Notes under the pieces: generated by a model | Databases searched by the model: none | What the model saw: the letters and a program-made list of their open reading frames with translations, nothing else | Told to the model about the DNA's origin: nothing | IMG/VR virus record: IMGVR_UViG_3300032329_000867 | Location: 1 to 39,923 of that record | Reading direction: 5' to 3' (one strand) | DNA: 39,923 nucleotides | DNA from: a virus | Lineage: Duplodnaviria > Caudoviricetes | Program-made: the position numbers and the translations under genes | Part shown: piece by piece, positions 8,816-18,625 of the stretch | Position numbering within the stretch: the stretch's first letter is position 1 | How the letters are laid out: every line of letters begins with the position of its first letter

Positions 8816-9943
8816 TTAACCGAACAGGCTGCTGCCCATGTCACCAATATTACCAACATCTGCTAAATCCGGTGTTGAAGGTAAAGGTATTTGGGAAGGT
8901 TCATTAACATTATACCAACTTCCGGTTTGGTCTTGATGCCAACCAGAATTTGGATTTGCTACATTAACTCCATATGAACCATCGGGGTTTAGTGCTTCAG
9001 GAGGTGGAGTGTCACTCGTTACATTTGGTCCCTGGTAGCCAGTCCCGTAAGATGGATCTTCATAAATTTTACCATCTGAACCAGTTATTTGACCAAGCCC
9101 TGGACCACCGTTAGCGCCGGTTCCTTGTACTGGACTACCGGTTAAACCTAAAGCGTTCATAACTTTATTACCCAAACCACCAAAAGATTTTCCGGTGATG
9201 CCTAAACTATTTAATAAGTTTCCAGCGGCAGAAGGGATCTTGCTTAATGCGCCTAGTGTGGATACACCACCCATTTGGTTTTGTTGTGTAACAGTGCCAG
9301 GAACGTTTACAGCATTAATCATGTTAGCATAATTGCCAGGTGCTACAAACGGTGCGTTCATTTGCGCAGCACCAACATCTAAGCCAGATTTTATTGATTG
9401 AGAACCAAGACCACCAAGTCCTGTACCAGCTGCCACGCCAGCATTTTGATTTTGTAATGCGGCAGTCATTTGCTGTGCAAACAATTGAGATTGCGCATCT
9501 GCTTTAGCTTTAGAAACACCAGTAATATCACGTAAGCTACCAAATTGTCCCGCACCGATTCCGGCGGCGTTTGCACCAGCGGTATAGTTAGGTAATAATT
9601 GGTTTAATTGTGCGTTCTCAGCAGCAAATAAACCACCTAACGGTGTTGCTGTGTTTGGTGTAACTTGACCTGTGGCACTAGTAATCCAAGGATTAGCTGC
9701 ACCGGTAGCAATTGTATTTAAAGCAGCTTGGCCTTGTGAATAAGGGTTTGATGGTCCGCTTAATGTGTTAACTGCGCCTTGAGCCGCTGTGTTTTGAAAG
9801 GCAGGAGCTTGTCCTAAAGCTGTACCGGCGTTACTAATAACATTTTGCTGTGCACGATTGTACCAATCTGGCAGCGTAGTTTGCACCTGCATACTATCTG
9901 TAAGCAGATTGTTTAACCCAGTAGATCCTGTTGTTCCAGCCAT
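8816..9943 (-). CDS. Putative DNA transfer / internal virion protein
   Basis: Gly/Ala/Gln/Asn-rich. TTLPDWY and AGQFGSLR motifs resemble podovirus pilot proteins. Position supports the call. Confidence 0.5.
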   Translation of the reverse strand: MAGTTGSTGLNNLLTDSMQVQTTLPDWYNRAQQNVISNAGTALGQAPAFQNTAAQGAVNTLSGPSNPYSQGQAALNTIATGAANPWITSATGQVTPNTATPLGGLFAAENAQLNQLLPNYTAGANAAGIGAGQFGSLRDITGVSKAKADAQSQLFAQQMTAALQNQNAGVAAGTGLGGLGSQSIKSGLDVGAAQMNAPFVAPGNYANMINAVNVPGTVTQQNQMGGVSTLGALSKIPSAAGNLLNSLGITGKSFGGLGNKVMNALGLTGSPVQGTGANGGPGLGQITGSDGKIYEDPSYGTGYQGPNVTSDTPPPEALNPDGSYGVNVANPNSGWHQDQTGSWYNVNEPSQIPLPSTPDLADVGNIGDMGSSLFG

Positions 9944-11448
9944 TATGCTCTCACTCTTTTATTCGCGTCTAATAAGTATGCCAAAGCACCTTTGCTTTTT
10001 GGTGGCAAATCTTTTGGATCATGTTTTTGTGCATGATCCCTAATTGTAATTAAGAAATTATCTAAAACTTTAGCACCAGCATCGCTGCTGCCGTTTCCAA
10101 GTTTAGATACTACATCAGCCGGTATTACAAATTCACCATCGGCTAACATGGCTGCTACGCTGTCGCTTGTTCCATCGCCTTCACCTTTGACGTAGGTGTT
10201 TTCCATGGACGCCAAACCACCAGGGGAAAAGAATGTAGGGTTGTGCCCTTCAATTTCACCACCAGGCGCAAAATGGGGCACAAGACTTAAACCGGTACGG
10301 GGTTGATAATGACCAAACTGCTTACCGCGCATGCGAACTTCTTGCATTGGCAAATCACCGCCACCAGCCATATGAATAATACCGCCACCTGCAGCTTGTT
10401 GAATTAATTGGAGATCTAATGGAGTAACAGCTTGTGTTTGCATTTGTGGTGCAGTAGGTGCAATTTCAGACCCTGTCATTCCTGGCACAGCAATTTGTTG
10501 ACCGTGCACAAATGTTGCTTTAGGGGATTCATAAGTATTACTTGATGTGTCGGTATTCAGTGGTACTGATGAGCCCAGTCCTGCTGTCGGTAACATACCT
10601 GTTGTAAAAGGGGTTTTTACTTTAGAAACTGAAGAAGAGCCAGTTAGTGATTTAGTAATATCTGCAACTTTTTTAGCTTTAGAAAGGGCATCAAGAGCAT
10701 CAAGACCAGTGCTAGGCGCAAAACCACCAATACCCACAGAACTTGCAGGAATTGCGTTTCCTAAAGCATCAAGCGCAAAACCACCGGCGTCGGTGGCCAT
10801 ATAAGTTTGACCAAGTGTTGTTCCAAGTGTGCCGTCACCTACCACCGTACCGGCTGGCAATGCGCCAGTTAATCCACCACCACCGATTGTGGTTGCTGCG
10901 CCACCAGGAATAGCACCAGAACCTTCTAACGGAGGCAGTATTGACCCTGGGCTAGTAACTCCGGGAGGAGTTAAGTTGACGTTAACATTGGGGGCGTTTA
11001 ATACAGAATCAGCGCCAGGGGTGGATGTTGGTGATGGTACTGACTCGGCACCGGGGGTAGGAAAATCCGGGGCGTGTACTACTGTATCGGCACCCACAGG
11101 AGGTGCTTCAACTGGAACGCCACCAGGCACTTCAGTCATACCAGCAATCGAGTTGTCTGGTGTAATATAAGTTGTTGCGCCAGAAGGATCTACTATAGCA
11201 GAAGATCCGTCAGTAAAATTTGTAGTAATAGTTCCATCACCAGCAATTTCAGTGCCTTCAATTGCGGCTTCTTCGGCAAGAAAGCCAGATGCGGCGCCAG
11301 CGGTTGCAACAGCTGCTGCTAAACCGGCAACCGTAGTCCATCCACCAGGTATTTCTTTACCCACTGTTTTGTCGAGATTTGCAAGAAGATTGCCAATAGC
11401 TCGACCAGGATCCATACCTTTAAAAGCATCACCTAAACCATCGCACAT
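9943..11448 (-). CDS. Putative internal virion protein with a C-terminal GxGDGTSDS...LADGEFVI domain (also seen in tape-measure proteins)
   Basis: Likely start is ATG 11448 (MCDGLG), just after the GNAT stop; the ORF track starts at 11487. Contains a Pro/Thr/Gly low-complexity middle and repeated xxxGG motifs. Confidence 0.55.
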   Translation of the reverse strand: MCDGLGDAFKGMDPGRAIGNLLANLDKTVGKEIPGGWTTVAGLAAAVATAGAASGFLAEEAAIEGTEIAGDGTITTNFTDGSSAIVDPSGATTYITPDNSIAGMTEVPGGVPVEAPPVGADTVVHAPDFPTPGAESVPSPTSTPGADSVLNAPNVNVNLTPPGVTSPGSILPPLEGSGAIPGGAATTIGGGGLTGALPAGTVVGDGTLGTTLGQTYMATDAGGFALDALGNAIPASSVGIGGFAPSTGLDALDALSKAKKVADITKSLTGSSSVSKVKTPFTTGMLPTAGLGSSVPLNTDTSSNTYESPKATFVHGQQIAVPGMTGSEIAPTAPQMQTQAVTPLDLQLIQQAAGGGIIHMAGGGDLPMQEVRMRGKQFGHYQPRTGLSLVPHFAPGGEIEGHNPTFFSPGGLASMENTYVKGEGDGTSDSVAAMLADGEFVIPADVVSKLGNGSSDAGAKVLDNFLITIRDHAQKHDPKDLPPKSKGALAYLLDANKRVRA

Positions 11449-11455
11449 ATTGTTA

Positions 11456-11896
11456 TTATTCCAAGTGTTTAACTGTGTTAAACCCAACAGTTTTATAACC
11501 TAACCTATTATAAAATTGTTGAGTTTTTTCTATGTTTACCGCTGTTGTTTGGCCTAAACAAACATCCGTTATATTATTTTGTTTTGCCCAAACTTCTAAA
11601 GCTTTAATAAGTTTAATAGCAGCTCTTGAGCCTCTATATTGTTCGGTAATGTAAAAACCTAAATCCGTAACCCGCATTTTTTTACTAAAAAAGTAAGTGG
11701 TTATTAAGCCACTAATAAACCCGATTACTTTATTTTGGTCAATTGCTAAAAAAACGTTAACGTTTTCATTTTTATACAATCGCCAAATTGCGGCAAAATC
11801 CGGTTTTGCTTCTTTAAATTCAGACTCAGCCACCATAACTTTTACAAGTTCAAAAAACTCAGGAAACCGGCTGTCAGAAAGTTCTATAATGTCCAT
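11456..11896 (-). CDS. GNAT-family acetyltransferase
   Basis: VIGFISG, FYITEQYRGSRAAIKLIKALEVWAK and FYNRLGY match GNAT motifs A and B. Confidence 0.85.
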   Translation of the reverse strand: MDIIELSDSRFPEFFELVKVMVAESEFKEAKPDFAAIWRLYKNENVNVFLAIDQNKVIGFISGLITTYFFSKKMRVTDLGFYITEQYRGSRAAIKLIKALEVWAKQNNITDVCLGQTTAVNIEKTQQFYNRLGYKTVGFNTVKHLE

Positions 11897-11922
11897 TACA
11901 AGCCATTTTAACCCATTAGTTG

Positions 11923-11963
11923 TATATCTACTAATGCAAAATTATGGCTTTTTTCGCCCTAAA
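11923..11963 (-). promoter_or_regulatory. Putative phage-specific late promoter, copy 1
   Basis: Minus strand reads TTTAGGGCG-N17-GCATTAGT-AGA-TATA. Intergenic, upstream of the GNAT/ejection genes. Confidence 0.75.
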
Positions 11964-12224
11964 TCAATGACTTGGACCATTAATAATGGTGGTTACTTCT
12001 GAGGCCCAATCTTGCCAATCTGCAAAGGTGCTAGAGTTTGGCACCGGATATGCTGCAAATGTAGGCAATGAGGCTATCTGGTCTGCTGCATCGCGCCATT
12101 CTGATTCCGGCACGTCTGGCAACGTTTCCTGCCCATAATAAATAATAAAATTGCCGTTCCATTCTTCCCAGGTCATAGTGGCTGGGACAAAAGGAAAAAA
12201 GACTTGTATGCTAGGGGCGCTCAT
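11964..12224 (-). CDS. Small Trp-rich phage tail-region protein
   Basis: TWEEWN...EWRDAA...FADWQDWA. Overlaps the stop of the upstream nozzle gene. ATG at 12224 chosen; the ORF track starts at 12230. Confidence 0.65.
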   Translation of the reverse strand: MSAPSIQVFFPFVPATMTWEEWNGNFIIYYGQETLPDVPESEWRDAADQIASLPTFAAYPVPNSSTFADWQDWASEVTTIINGPSH

Positions 12225-14349
12225 CACCAAACTCAGCAGTAATTAAGTTACGACCCATTTCATAATTTCCGTTGATATCGTTAGATTCAAATTTTAAACG
12301 CACCAAACGATGTTCTACACGTAGGTCAATTTTGCCTGTATCAGGCGTAAAATAGTAAGGACCTGAGTTTTCTTCGTATTGTCCTGAAGCAAACTTGCGA
12401 CCTAAAATTGTCATTGACATAGTGCCAGTTTGCAAAAAGTTAGGCTCAACACGGCGTAAATGCATACGACGATTTATACCTGTAATACCATTTTGACTGG
12501 GGTTTCCAGTTAACCAACTAATGTCACTGGTGGTGATGCTAGAATAAACAGCCAATTCATTTTGAAGTGTAATTTGGTTTAGGCCGTGTTCATGCTGCCA
12601 AATAGTATAGCCACCGGATGTAGGAAATACTAAAACACCAGCATCAGTACTAGTTGTAAAATTAACAGACACTGTTACAAGCGTGGCGTTATATCCAAAA
12701 TCATAAGTACTTCCAATAACGGAATATGTTTTTTGTGGATCACTAGTTAAATCGCTAGAAAGCGTAATAGTATCGCCAGGGCTTACAATGTTAGATACAT
12801 CATTACCAAGATAAACCTGGTTAGATGCAGGTGCCGGTGCTCCTACAGGAGTATTAATAATTGCAATAGGATTACTAAATGATGTATTGTATTCCCAACC
12901 AGCCCAAATTGGTGTGGGAAATAATTCAGTTGTATAACCACAAGAACGGCGGCTACCAATAGCTTGGCCGGCGTCATACCACAAATTGTCTTTTACGTTA
13001 TAAATAATTGCATCGGTACATTCTGTTGCTGTGCCGCGAGGATAAAAGAACCAAATCTCATTATACCTTGGAATTTTAGTGGCCCAAACTTTTTGTCTTT
13101 GCTCGTAATTAATATTGTTATATAAATAGTTTACGTTTTTGTCGTTAGGCAATACTTTGACTGATCCACCGTACATATAGTATCGGTCAACACCCATCCA
13201 AAAGAATATGCCATCCATTTCAACAACAGCATTGGACGACATGATAGAAATTTGGCTAGAAATAATATCGTATGACCAATACAAACTTGTAGCTTGCGGG
13301 TTAAAGGAAACACGAATTAAACTATCAGTAGCCCAAAATAATCCGGATGGCGAATTAGTACCACCGCGCATTACCATGCCTTTGACAATTTTAGAACTTG
13401 CTACGTTTACCTGGTTGGCAAATGGACCATTCCAATCGTAAAAGTTTTGTGTGGCATAGTTACCGGGTGTTACGTCTACGTTGTTGTTAGCAATAAAGCC
13501 ATGTGATCCGTATACAAAAATAAACGGATATAAAACGCAAACACCACCATCAACACTGATTGGTTTATATGTTGGATTTTGGCCGTTACTATCACACAAA
13601 CCAGTTAATAAAAATTGATTATTAGCATCTGGCGCCACGTTACCCACAAGTACTTGTGATGTAACACCACTGTCAATATTTTGTAAATTTTTACCTGGGT
13701 GAGCTAAAACATTTAACAAACCACCTGATGGACTAAACTGAGCATCAAACTGCCAATCGTTGCGAGAATCCGGTGTAAAAATACTATCATTTAACCAAAT
13801 TTTACTGATTGTGCCGGCGGGGGCACTTGGCGTAAAATTAATGGTAGTTTGCGCTGGGGGACCAACTGCATAAGTAGAACCAGTAATTGTATAAACAACA
13901 GGGGTTCCAATTTGATCAATAATAAATTCTGTACCAACACCAAATGTTACTGTAGCATCGCCAGGTACAACAACCTGGGATGTAGTATTTGATGTTACAT
14001 TGGCAAATACTGAACCATGTAAGGGAACACAAACATAAGGGCCGCTACCGCTACCGTAAGTCGTTCCGGTTGTAAAAACGTCTAAACCTGCGGCATTACC
14101 CGCAAATACATAGTTTACACCGTTGTATGGTATGTTAATCATACCCCGGTAAATGCCACTAAAACTAGTAAAAAGGGTGGCAAACCCACCCATTTTCTTT
14201 GCTTCACCGCGTTGAAAACGACACCATACACCATCAGTGTATTGGTCATTTTGGAATACTGTACCGTCGCGTCTAATACCAGCCGGAATTACCAGGCTGT
14301 AAATCTGTGTAAATTGAGTGCTATCCTGCTGTCGGTCATCAGCCGCCAT
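12211..14349 (-). CDS. Tail nozzle / tubular protein B (P22 gp10-like stabilization protein)
   Basis: Beta-rich 712 aa with WCRFQRGEAKKMGG, FFWMG, YNEIWFFYP and IIYNVKDNLWY. Position follows the adaptor genes. Confidence 0.7.
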   Translation of the reverse strand: MAADDRQQDSTQFTQIYSLVIPAGIRRDGTVFQNDQYTDGVWCRFQRGEAKKMGGFATLFTSFSGIYRGMINIPYNGVNYVFAGNAAGLDVFTTGTTYGSGSGPYVCVPLHGSVFANVTSNTTSQVVVPGDATVTFGVGTEFIIDQIGTPVVYTITGSTYAVGPPAQTTINFTPSAPAGTISKIWLNDSIFTPDSRNDWQFDAQFSPSGGLLNVLAHPGKNLQNIDSGVTSQVLVGNVAPDANNQFLLTGLCDSNGQNPTYKPISVDGGVCVLYPFIFVYGSHGFIANNNVDVTPGNYATQNFYDWNGPFANQVNVASSKIVKGMVMRGGTNSPSGLFWATDSLIRVSFNPQATSLYWSYDIISSQISIMSSNAVVEMDGIFFWMGVDRYYMYGGSVKVLPNDKNVNYLYNNINYEQRQKVWATKIPRYNEIWFFYPRGTATECTDAIIYNVKDNLWYDAGQAIGSRRSCGYTTELFPTPIWAGWEYNTSFSNPIAIINTPVGAPAPASNQVYLGNDVSNIVSPGDTITLSSDLTSDPQKTYSVIGSTYDFGYNATLVTVSVNFTTSTDAGVLVFPTSGGYTIWQHEHGLNQITLQNELAVYSSITTSDISWLTGNPSQNGITGINRRMHLRRVEPNFLQTGTMSMTILGRKFASGQYEENSGPYYFTPDTGKIDLRVEHRLVRLKFESNDINGNYEMGRNLITAEFGDERP

Positions 14350-15612
14350 TTAAAACGTTCCACCTGAAATTAATTGGGCTCTTAATTCTGCATTTACGGT
14401 AACCAATGGTTGCAAAGTATTAGTGTTGTTTATATCAATAATTTCAACACCATTAGCAGCTAAACCAAGAATGTTTAGTCCAGGTAAATACATACCAGTT
14501 GTAGAGTCTGAAATAAATGAAAAAGCTGGTGAGGCTGCTTCACCATCAACAGCATAAAAAATATTAGATGCTGTAGATGTTAACAAATACAGATTTTGAC
14601 CGTCACTTAAAACCGTTGCAATATTGCCAGTCGCAACAACCAATGGTGGTTGTACGCTACCTTCAATAACAAATTGCACATTGTAATCGGCATGACCTGT
14701 AGCATTAATTAAAATATAAATTTGAGTTGTTGCTGGTAAAGTTACAGTTAGCGTTTGTGTGCGAGAACCCGTTTGTGCAATGTAGTTTTGAATAATAGGC
14801 GCATAGGTAATTAAACTAAAAGTATTGCCAGGGATAGAATCCACATCATAAGTTGCTGATGTAAATGTTACGTTTGCTGGAGAAGTCAGTCCAACCGTAA
14901 TAAAGTTGCCAGAGTTAACGTCAAAAATAATATATCCAGAATCACCCGGGTTAGCAACAATACTAGCTTGGCCGTTAATTAATGTAGGGCTTTGTGGAAT
15001 AATAGTTAATGAACCTGTGCCGGCGTTCCTAAAACCAATGTACCATCCCGTAGATAACGAACCAATAGTTGGCAACGGAAACATACCCGCGCCACTGTTC
15101 CATACAAATGTAGCAGCACGGCTTGCGTTGGTAATAGTTGGTGTCGTAGTAACGTTTACAATATTTTGGGTGGTTGCCAATTTACCAGAAATAGTTGTTA
15201 ATCCAGCGCCTTGCAACGTTGCCGCATCAGCATAAGATGTGCCAGCAGCAAACTCTACGTTTGCCCAAGTACCGCCCAAAGAAGTGTTATTAGTAAGATA
15301 GAAGTAACGAGATTTACCAACAGCAACCGTAACCGATTGCCCACCATCTGCGTCCGTAACCACAAAATCATTGAGGCCCAAATTTCGCATAAGGATGTCT
15401 GTTCCAAGCGAACCTTGAGTAGCATCAGGTAATAAGATGTTAAGATTGCCAAGAGTAGCAACACAATCCATAATACGGGAGGCAGGAACTTGTTGACCGT
15501 TAACGACAGCAGGCCAGACAAGCTGAGTGTCGGCACTAAATGAGAGAGCATAATAGGATACGTCCGTTGGTAGGATAACGTCGCCAGTAAATGGGGATAC
15601 AAATGTTGACAT
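14350..15612 (-). CDS. Tail structural / fibre-like protein
   Basis: Thr/Ser/Val-rich beta repeats (xTLP...GWYIGFRNAGTG) and a C-terminal GEAASPAFSFISDSTTGMY fibre motif. Confidence 0.55.
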   Translation of the reverse strand: MSTFVSPFTGDVILPTDVSYYALSFSADTQLVWPAVVNGQQVPASRIMDCVATLGNLNILLPDATQGSLGTDILMRNLGLNDFVVTDADGGQSVTVAVGKSRYFYLTNNTSLGGTWANVEFAAGTSYADAATLQGAGLTTISGKLATTQNIVNVTTTPTITNASRAATFVWNSGAGMFPLPTIGSLSTGWYIGFRNAGTGSLTIIPQSPTLINGQASIVANPGDSGYIIFDVNSGNFITVGLTSPANVTFTSATYDVDSIPGNTFSLITYAPIIQNYIAQTGSRTQTLTVTLPATTQIYILINATGHADYNVQFVIEGSVQPPLVVATGNIATVLSDGQNLYLLTSTASNIFYAVDGEAASPAFSFISDSTTGMYLPGLNILGLAANGVEIIDINNTNTLQPLVTVNAELRAQLISGGTF

Positions 15613-15615
15613 ATT

Positions 15616-16236
15616 TTATGGTTCCTGAACCGTAGTGTTGCGATCAATACGGCGAGAGTTGTCTTCTTTTTTAAGTGCTGCTAAAGCGTCTGTGTAGTAT
15701 TGTTTCCACACTGGCAATTTATCTAGTGCTTTTAAATACCCCTGAGCTTGTAATAATGTGCCAAATAACATCGCTTGTGGCGCTTCTCTTGTAAAAAGGT
15801 TTTGTTGGTTAGACGAATCTAACGGTTGAATTTCACTGTAATAAATAATTTCAACGGGGGTATCTGCATTTGGTGCAGGAGCAAACGCCCAATTGTTGTA
15901 GTCATATTCGCCGTAATACAAAACTTGACCTGGCGTTGATTCAGATTGATATTGTGCAATATAATCTTGTGAACGCATTAAAATAGGTTTACCGTTTGCT
16001 TTCATAGAAGTTGTTTTTCTCCACCGCGCAGGTTTTGCAAGAACAACTTGGTTTTCCAATAGTGTAGTTTCTACAACGGTAAGTTGCAAATACGTTTTTA
16101 GTTCAGCAGCAATTGCAGATTCTGCCAAACCAATTAAGCTTGGTATTTGAGCAATAAACCCAACATCATTTCTTTCCATGTAGGAAATGACATCAGCTAC
16201 TAAATTATCGTAAGTTTGAACGTATGCGTTGGTCAT
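15616..16236 (-). CDS. Head-tail adaptor / tail tubular protein A-like
   Basis: TYDNLVADVISYMER, IPSLIGLAE, FAPAPNA and APQAMLFGTLLQA pattern. Confidence 0.65.
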   Translation of the reverse strand: MTNAYVQTYDNLVADVISYMERNDVGFIAQIPSLIGLAESAIAAELKTYLQLTVVETTLLENQVVLAKPARWRKTTSMKANGKPILMRSQDYIAQYQSESTPGQVLYYGEYDYNNWAFAPAPNADTPVEIIYYSEIQPLDSSNQQNLFTREAPQAMLFGTLLQAQGYLKALDKLPVWKQYYTDALAALKKEDNSRRIDRNTTVQEP

Positions 16237-17315
16237 CGTGTGTAGTAGCTAATATTGGGTTGGAAGTAAATAGGCGACTTATCGCGATCTTCTTCTTCAA
16301 ATTCGGTACGTGCTTGCAATGCCAGTTTTTCCAAATATGCAACTCGATTTAAATCAATTTGTGGCAACTGCATAGCCAGTTTGTGTGATAGGGCAGCTTG
16401 GAAGTATGGGATGACACGATCAGGCATATACAGTTCGTTTGTTAACGAACCTACATCTTGAGGTTGTAATTCCAGGATAAACGAAAATACTTGAAAGTTG
16501 TTATTTGGCACTGGCCACAAATACATTTCGGGCACAATCTGTCGATCAAACCAATATTGTAAAGTACGTTGACTTGGGAATTGTTTGTTTGGTAAAGAGA
16601 AGTAATCCGTACGATTAAGTCTTGCCATCGGAATAACTTGCTGGCTTTGAGCAAACTGAATTGATCTAAGCGAAAAGGTATTCCCAGTATCACGGTTATT
16701 TAGTCTATAGTAGTAAAACTGCTGCGATACGTTAATTGGAAAGTATGCCCAAGTTCTGTCTTTTAATGTGGTCTCTGGCAACGCTTGCCAAGTAACCCAA
16801 TCAATGCCATCATTACTAACTTGAAAATCTAAATTATAAGTTGCTTCGCCAGTAATCGGTGCATAGCAGTTAAATCCAACATAGTAAATACGTTGCTGCC
16901 CGTCATATGCCACACCAAAATAGTTTTCAGCAAGTGTGGATGTAGCATGTAATTCTAAATCACTATTGGTTTGCTGGTCAAACAAAATAGGAGAATCAAT
17001 GTTGTCGATTGGAAGTGCTGCAGAGATGGTGGGGTTTACAATATAAACCCAATTGGCTTCTAATACATCCACGCAATTGGGCGGCATGTAAAGGACTTGC
17101 TGGTTGGTTTGTGGTCCCAACACTTCAATCTTTTGCAACCAAATATTGATGCCGCGGTTGACACTGTTTTGTAGGATGTAGAACAATGCTTGACGCCCAG
17201 CATTAACATACTCAGGCGTCATTTCTTCTGCCGTTTTACCGGCATCGCGATAAGCGTACGAGATTAACTGATCAACAGTAATCTTGGTTTTATTGTACGT
17301 ATCTGAATACGCCAT
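16233..17315 (-). CDS. Head-tail adaptor-like protein with an inserted discoidin/F5-8-like domain
   Basis: Adaptor motifs NRGINIW, LPNK, YWFDRQ, YLWPVP and ALSHKLA flank a beta insert (DFQVSNDGIDWVT...YYYRL). Confidence 0.55.
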   Translation of the reverse strand: MAYSDTYNKTKITVDQLISYAYRDAGKTAEEMTPEYVNAGRQALFYILQNSVNRGINIWLQKIEVLGPQTNQQVLYMPPNCVDVLEANWVYIVNPTISAALPIDNIDSPILFDQQTNSDLELHATSTLAENYFGVAYDGQQRIYYVGFNCYAPITGEATYNLDFQVSNDGIDWVTWQALPETTLKDRTWAYFPINVSQQFYYYRLNNRDTGNTFSLRSIQFAQSQQVIPMARLNRTDYFSLPNKQFPSQRTLQYWFDRQIVPEMYLWPVPNNNFQVFSFILELQPQDVGSLTNELYMPDRVIPYFQAALSHKLAMQLPQIDLNRVAYLEKLALQARTEFEEEDRDKSPIYFQPNISYYTR

Positions 17316-17316
17316 A

Positions 17317-17484
17317 TTACCTTCCGCGGCCAGCGGCTCGTTTCATTACTTTTTGGGGTAATTTATTGCTAGCTGGGCCAGCTTTAACAAATTCTTTGCC
17401 AACCTTTTTAGGAATACCAAGAGTAGATTTACCAGCGGCCGCAGCGTACATTGCTGCTTGTTGATCTTTTGATTTGTATGGCAT
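17317..17484 (-). CDS. Small basic phage protein, 55 aa (absent from the ORF track)
   Basis: Hand translation gives [55 protein letters not shown]. It has a TAATG overlap with the upstream stop and fills the gap. Confidence 0.75.
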   Translation of the reverse strand: MPYKSKDQQAAMYAAAAGKSTLGIPKKVGKEFVKAGPASNKLPQKVMKRAAGRGR

Positions 17485-18056
17485 TAGCAGACCTTTCCGC
17501 CTCTTCTGTAAGGATTTCCAAGGGCGTCCATGCGACCTTCTGCCATGCCTTTGCGGGCTGCATCACCACGGGAACCAAAAGCTTCGTAATCAGCGGCAGC
17601 TTCTTTTTTCTTTGCTGCAGCTTTATTTTGATCATAAAATTTTTGTTGAGAGACTGTAGCACCTGCTTGAACAGAACCGCCAGTTGCATAGGCTTTGCCT
17701 CCACCACATAACATTTCTGGTTTTTGGCGCTTGGTATTGGCGATATCTTTAATGTCTTTACCGGACTTTTTAGCTGCATATTGGTTTTCCACCATGCCAC
17801 CAGTTTTGTATTTGCGTACGGTGCCGCAGTCTTTTTTGGCGCGACCACCTTTTTTGAGTTTGGAAAGGTCTGTGTGCTCACCTTTATGTTCTTGCTTGTC
17901 ATGCATAGAAAAAGCTTTTTTGACAATCTTTTTGTCCTGGGCTACATCCTCACTCATTTCTTTTTTCTCAGAATGACGTGATTTATAAACAGCGCCGCCT
18001 TCTTTGTAGCAGGGCAAATTTTTTGCCATTTTTGGATTTGTTTTGAAGCCTTCCAT
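17484..18056 (-). CDS. Lys-rich protein with six hydrophobic-x-x-GG motifs (possible internal core protein)
   Basis: AAGGA RBS before ATG 18056 (MEGFKTNP), downstream of promoter copy 2. The ORF-track start at 18173 overlaps the lysozyme gene. Confidence 0.7.
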   Translation of the reverse strand: MEGFKTNPKMAKNLPCYKEGGAVYKSRHSEKKEMSEDVAQDKKIVKKAFSMHDKQEHKGEHTDLSKLKKGGRAKKDCGTVRKYKTGGMVENQYAAKKSGKDIKDIANTKRQKPEMLCGGGKAYATGGSVQAGATVSQQKFYDQNKAAAKKKEAAADYEAFGSRGDAARKGMAEGRMDALGNPYRRGGKVC

Positions 18057-18077
18057 GATAGTTCCTTTAAGTTGTCC

Positions 18078-18119
18078 TATATACACTAATGCAAAAATAA
18101 AGCAATTTACGCCCCTAAA
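18078..18119 (-). promoter_or_regulatory. Putative phage-specific late promoter, copy 2
   Basis: TTTAGGGGCG-N17-GCATTAGT-GTA-TATA, overlapping the last codons of the lysozyme gene. Confidence 0.75.
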
Positions 18120-18625
18120 AACAGCGCTCTTTCTCGTTCCCGGCGTTTTTGTAAGACTGCCGGTTTGTTCCACATCAAAATAGCATCCGCGGCCCCTGGA
18201 AGGTCATTAGCGTTAATTCGCTTGACTACGGTAGAGTTCTTAAAGGCAGTGCCCCCAATATTGAAGCACAGGCTGTATAGGGCGTCAAATTGGTTCTGCT
18301 GAAGGGGTACCTTCACCGAGTTCTCTACGGCCTCACTACACCACTTTAAATCGCTTTTAAGTAGGTCTTCTACTTGTTCGTCTGTCAGGGTGGCTGTAAT
18401 CAGGTGCTGTTCATCGGATTTGATAAGGTGGCCTACGCCAATTGTCCAAAGTCCTTTAGAGTCCTTGTATGCTTTGTTACGGGCGCCTTCTTCCTTGGTA
18501 ATAAAGGAAAGGGTAGATTTTGCTATTGCCATGATATCTTCTTCAATATGGGTGTAACGATTTGTGAAGTGGATTACTGCGGCCACGCCCAGAACCCACA
18601 GCAGTACTGCTATGAATTTTTTCAT
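18107..18625 (-). CDS. Endolysin, GH24 lysozyme with an N-terminal hydrophobic signal/anchor
   Basis: Catalytic E-x8-D-x5-T (EEGARNKAYKDSKGLWTIGVGH), QNQFDALYSLCFNIG and RRERERALF. N-terminus MKKFIAVLLWVLGVAAVI. AAGGAG RBS. Confidence 0.9.
   Translation of the reverse strand: MKKFIAVLLWVLGVAAVIHFTNRYTHIEEDIMAIAKSTLSFITKEEGARNKAYKDSKGLWTIGVGHLIKSDEQHLITATLTDEQVEDLLKSDLKWCSEAVENSVKVPLQQNQFDALYSLCFNIGGTAFKNSTVVKRINANDLPGAADAILMWNKPAVLQKRRERERALFLGA

Noticed and set aside
11923-11963. Sigma54 promoter reading of the repeated motif (GG...TTGCA)
   Set aside because: The conserved GG-to-GC distance is much longer than the required 10 nt in all three copies.
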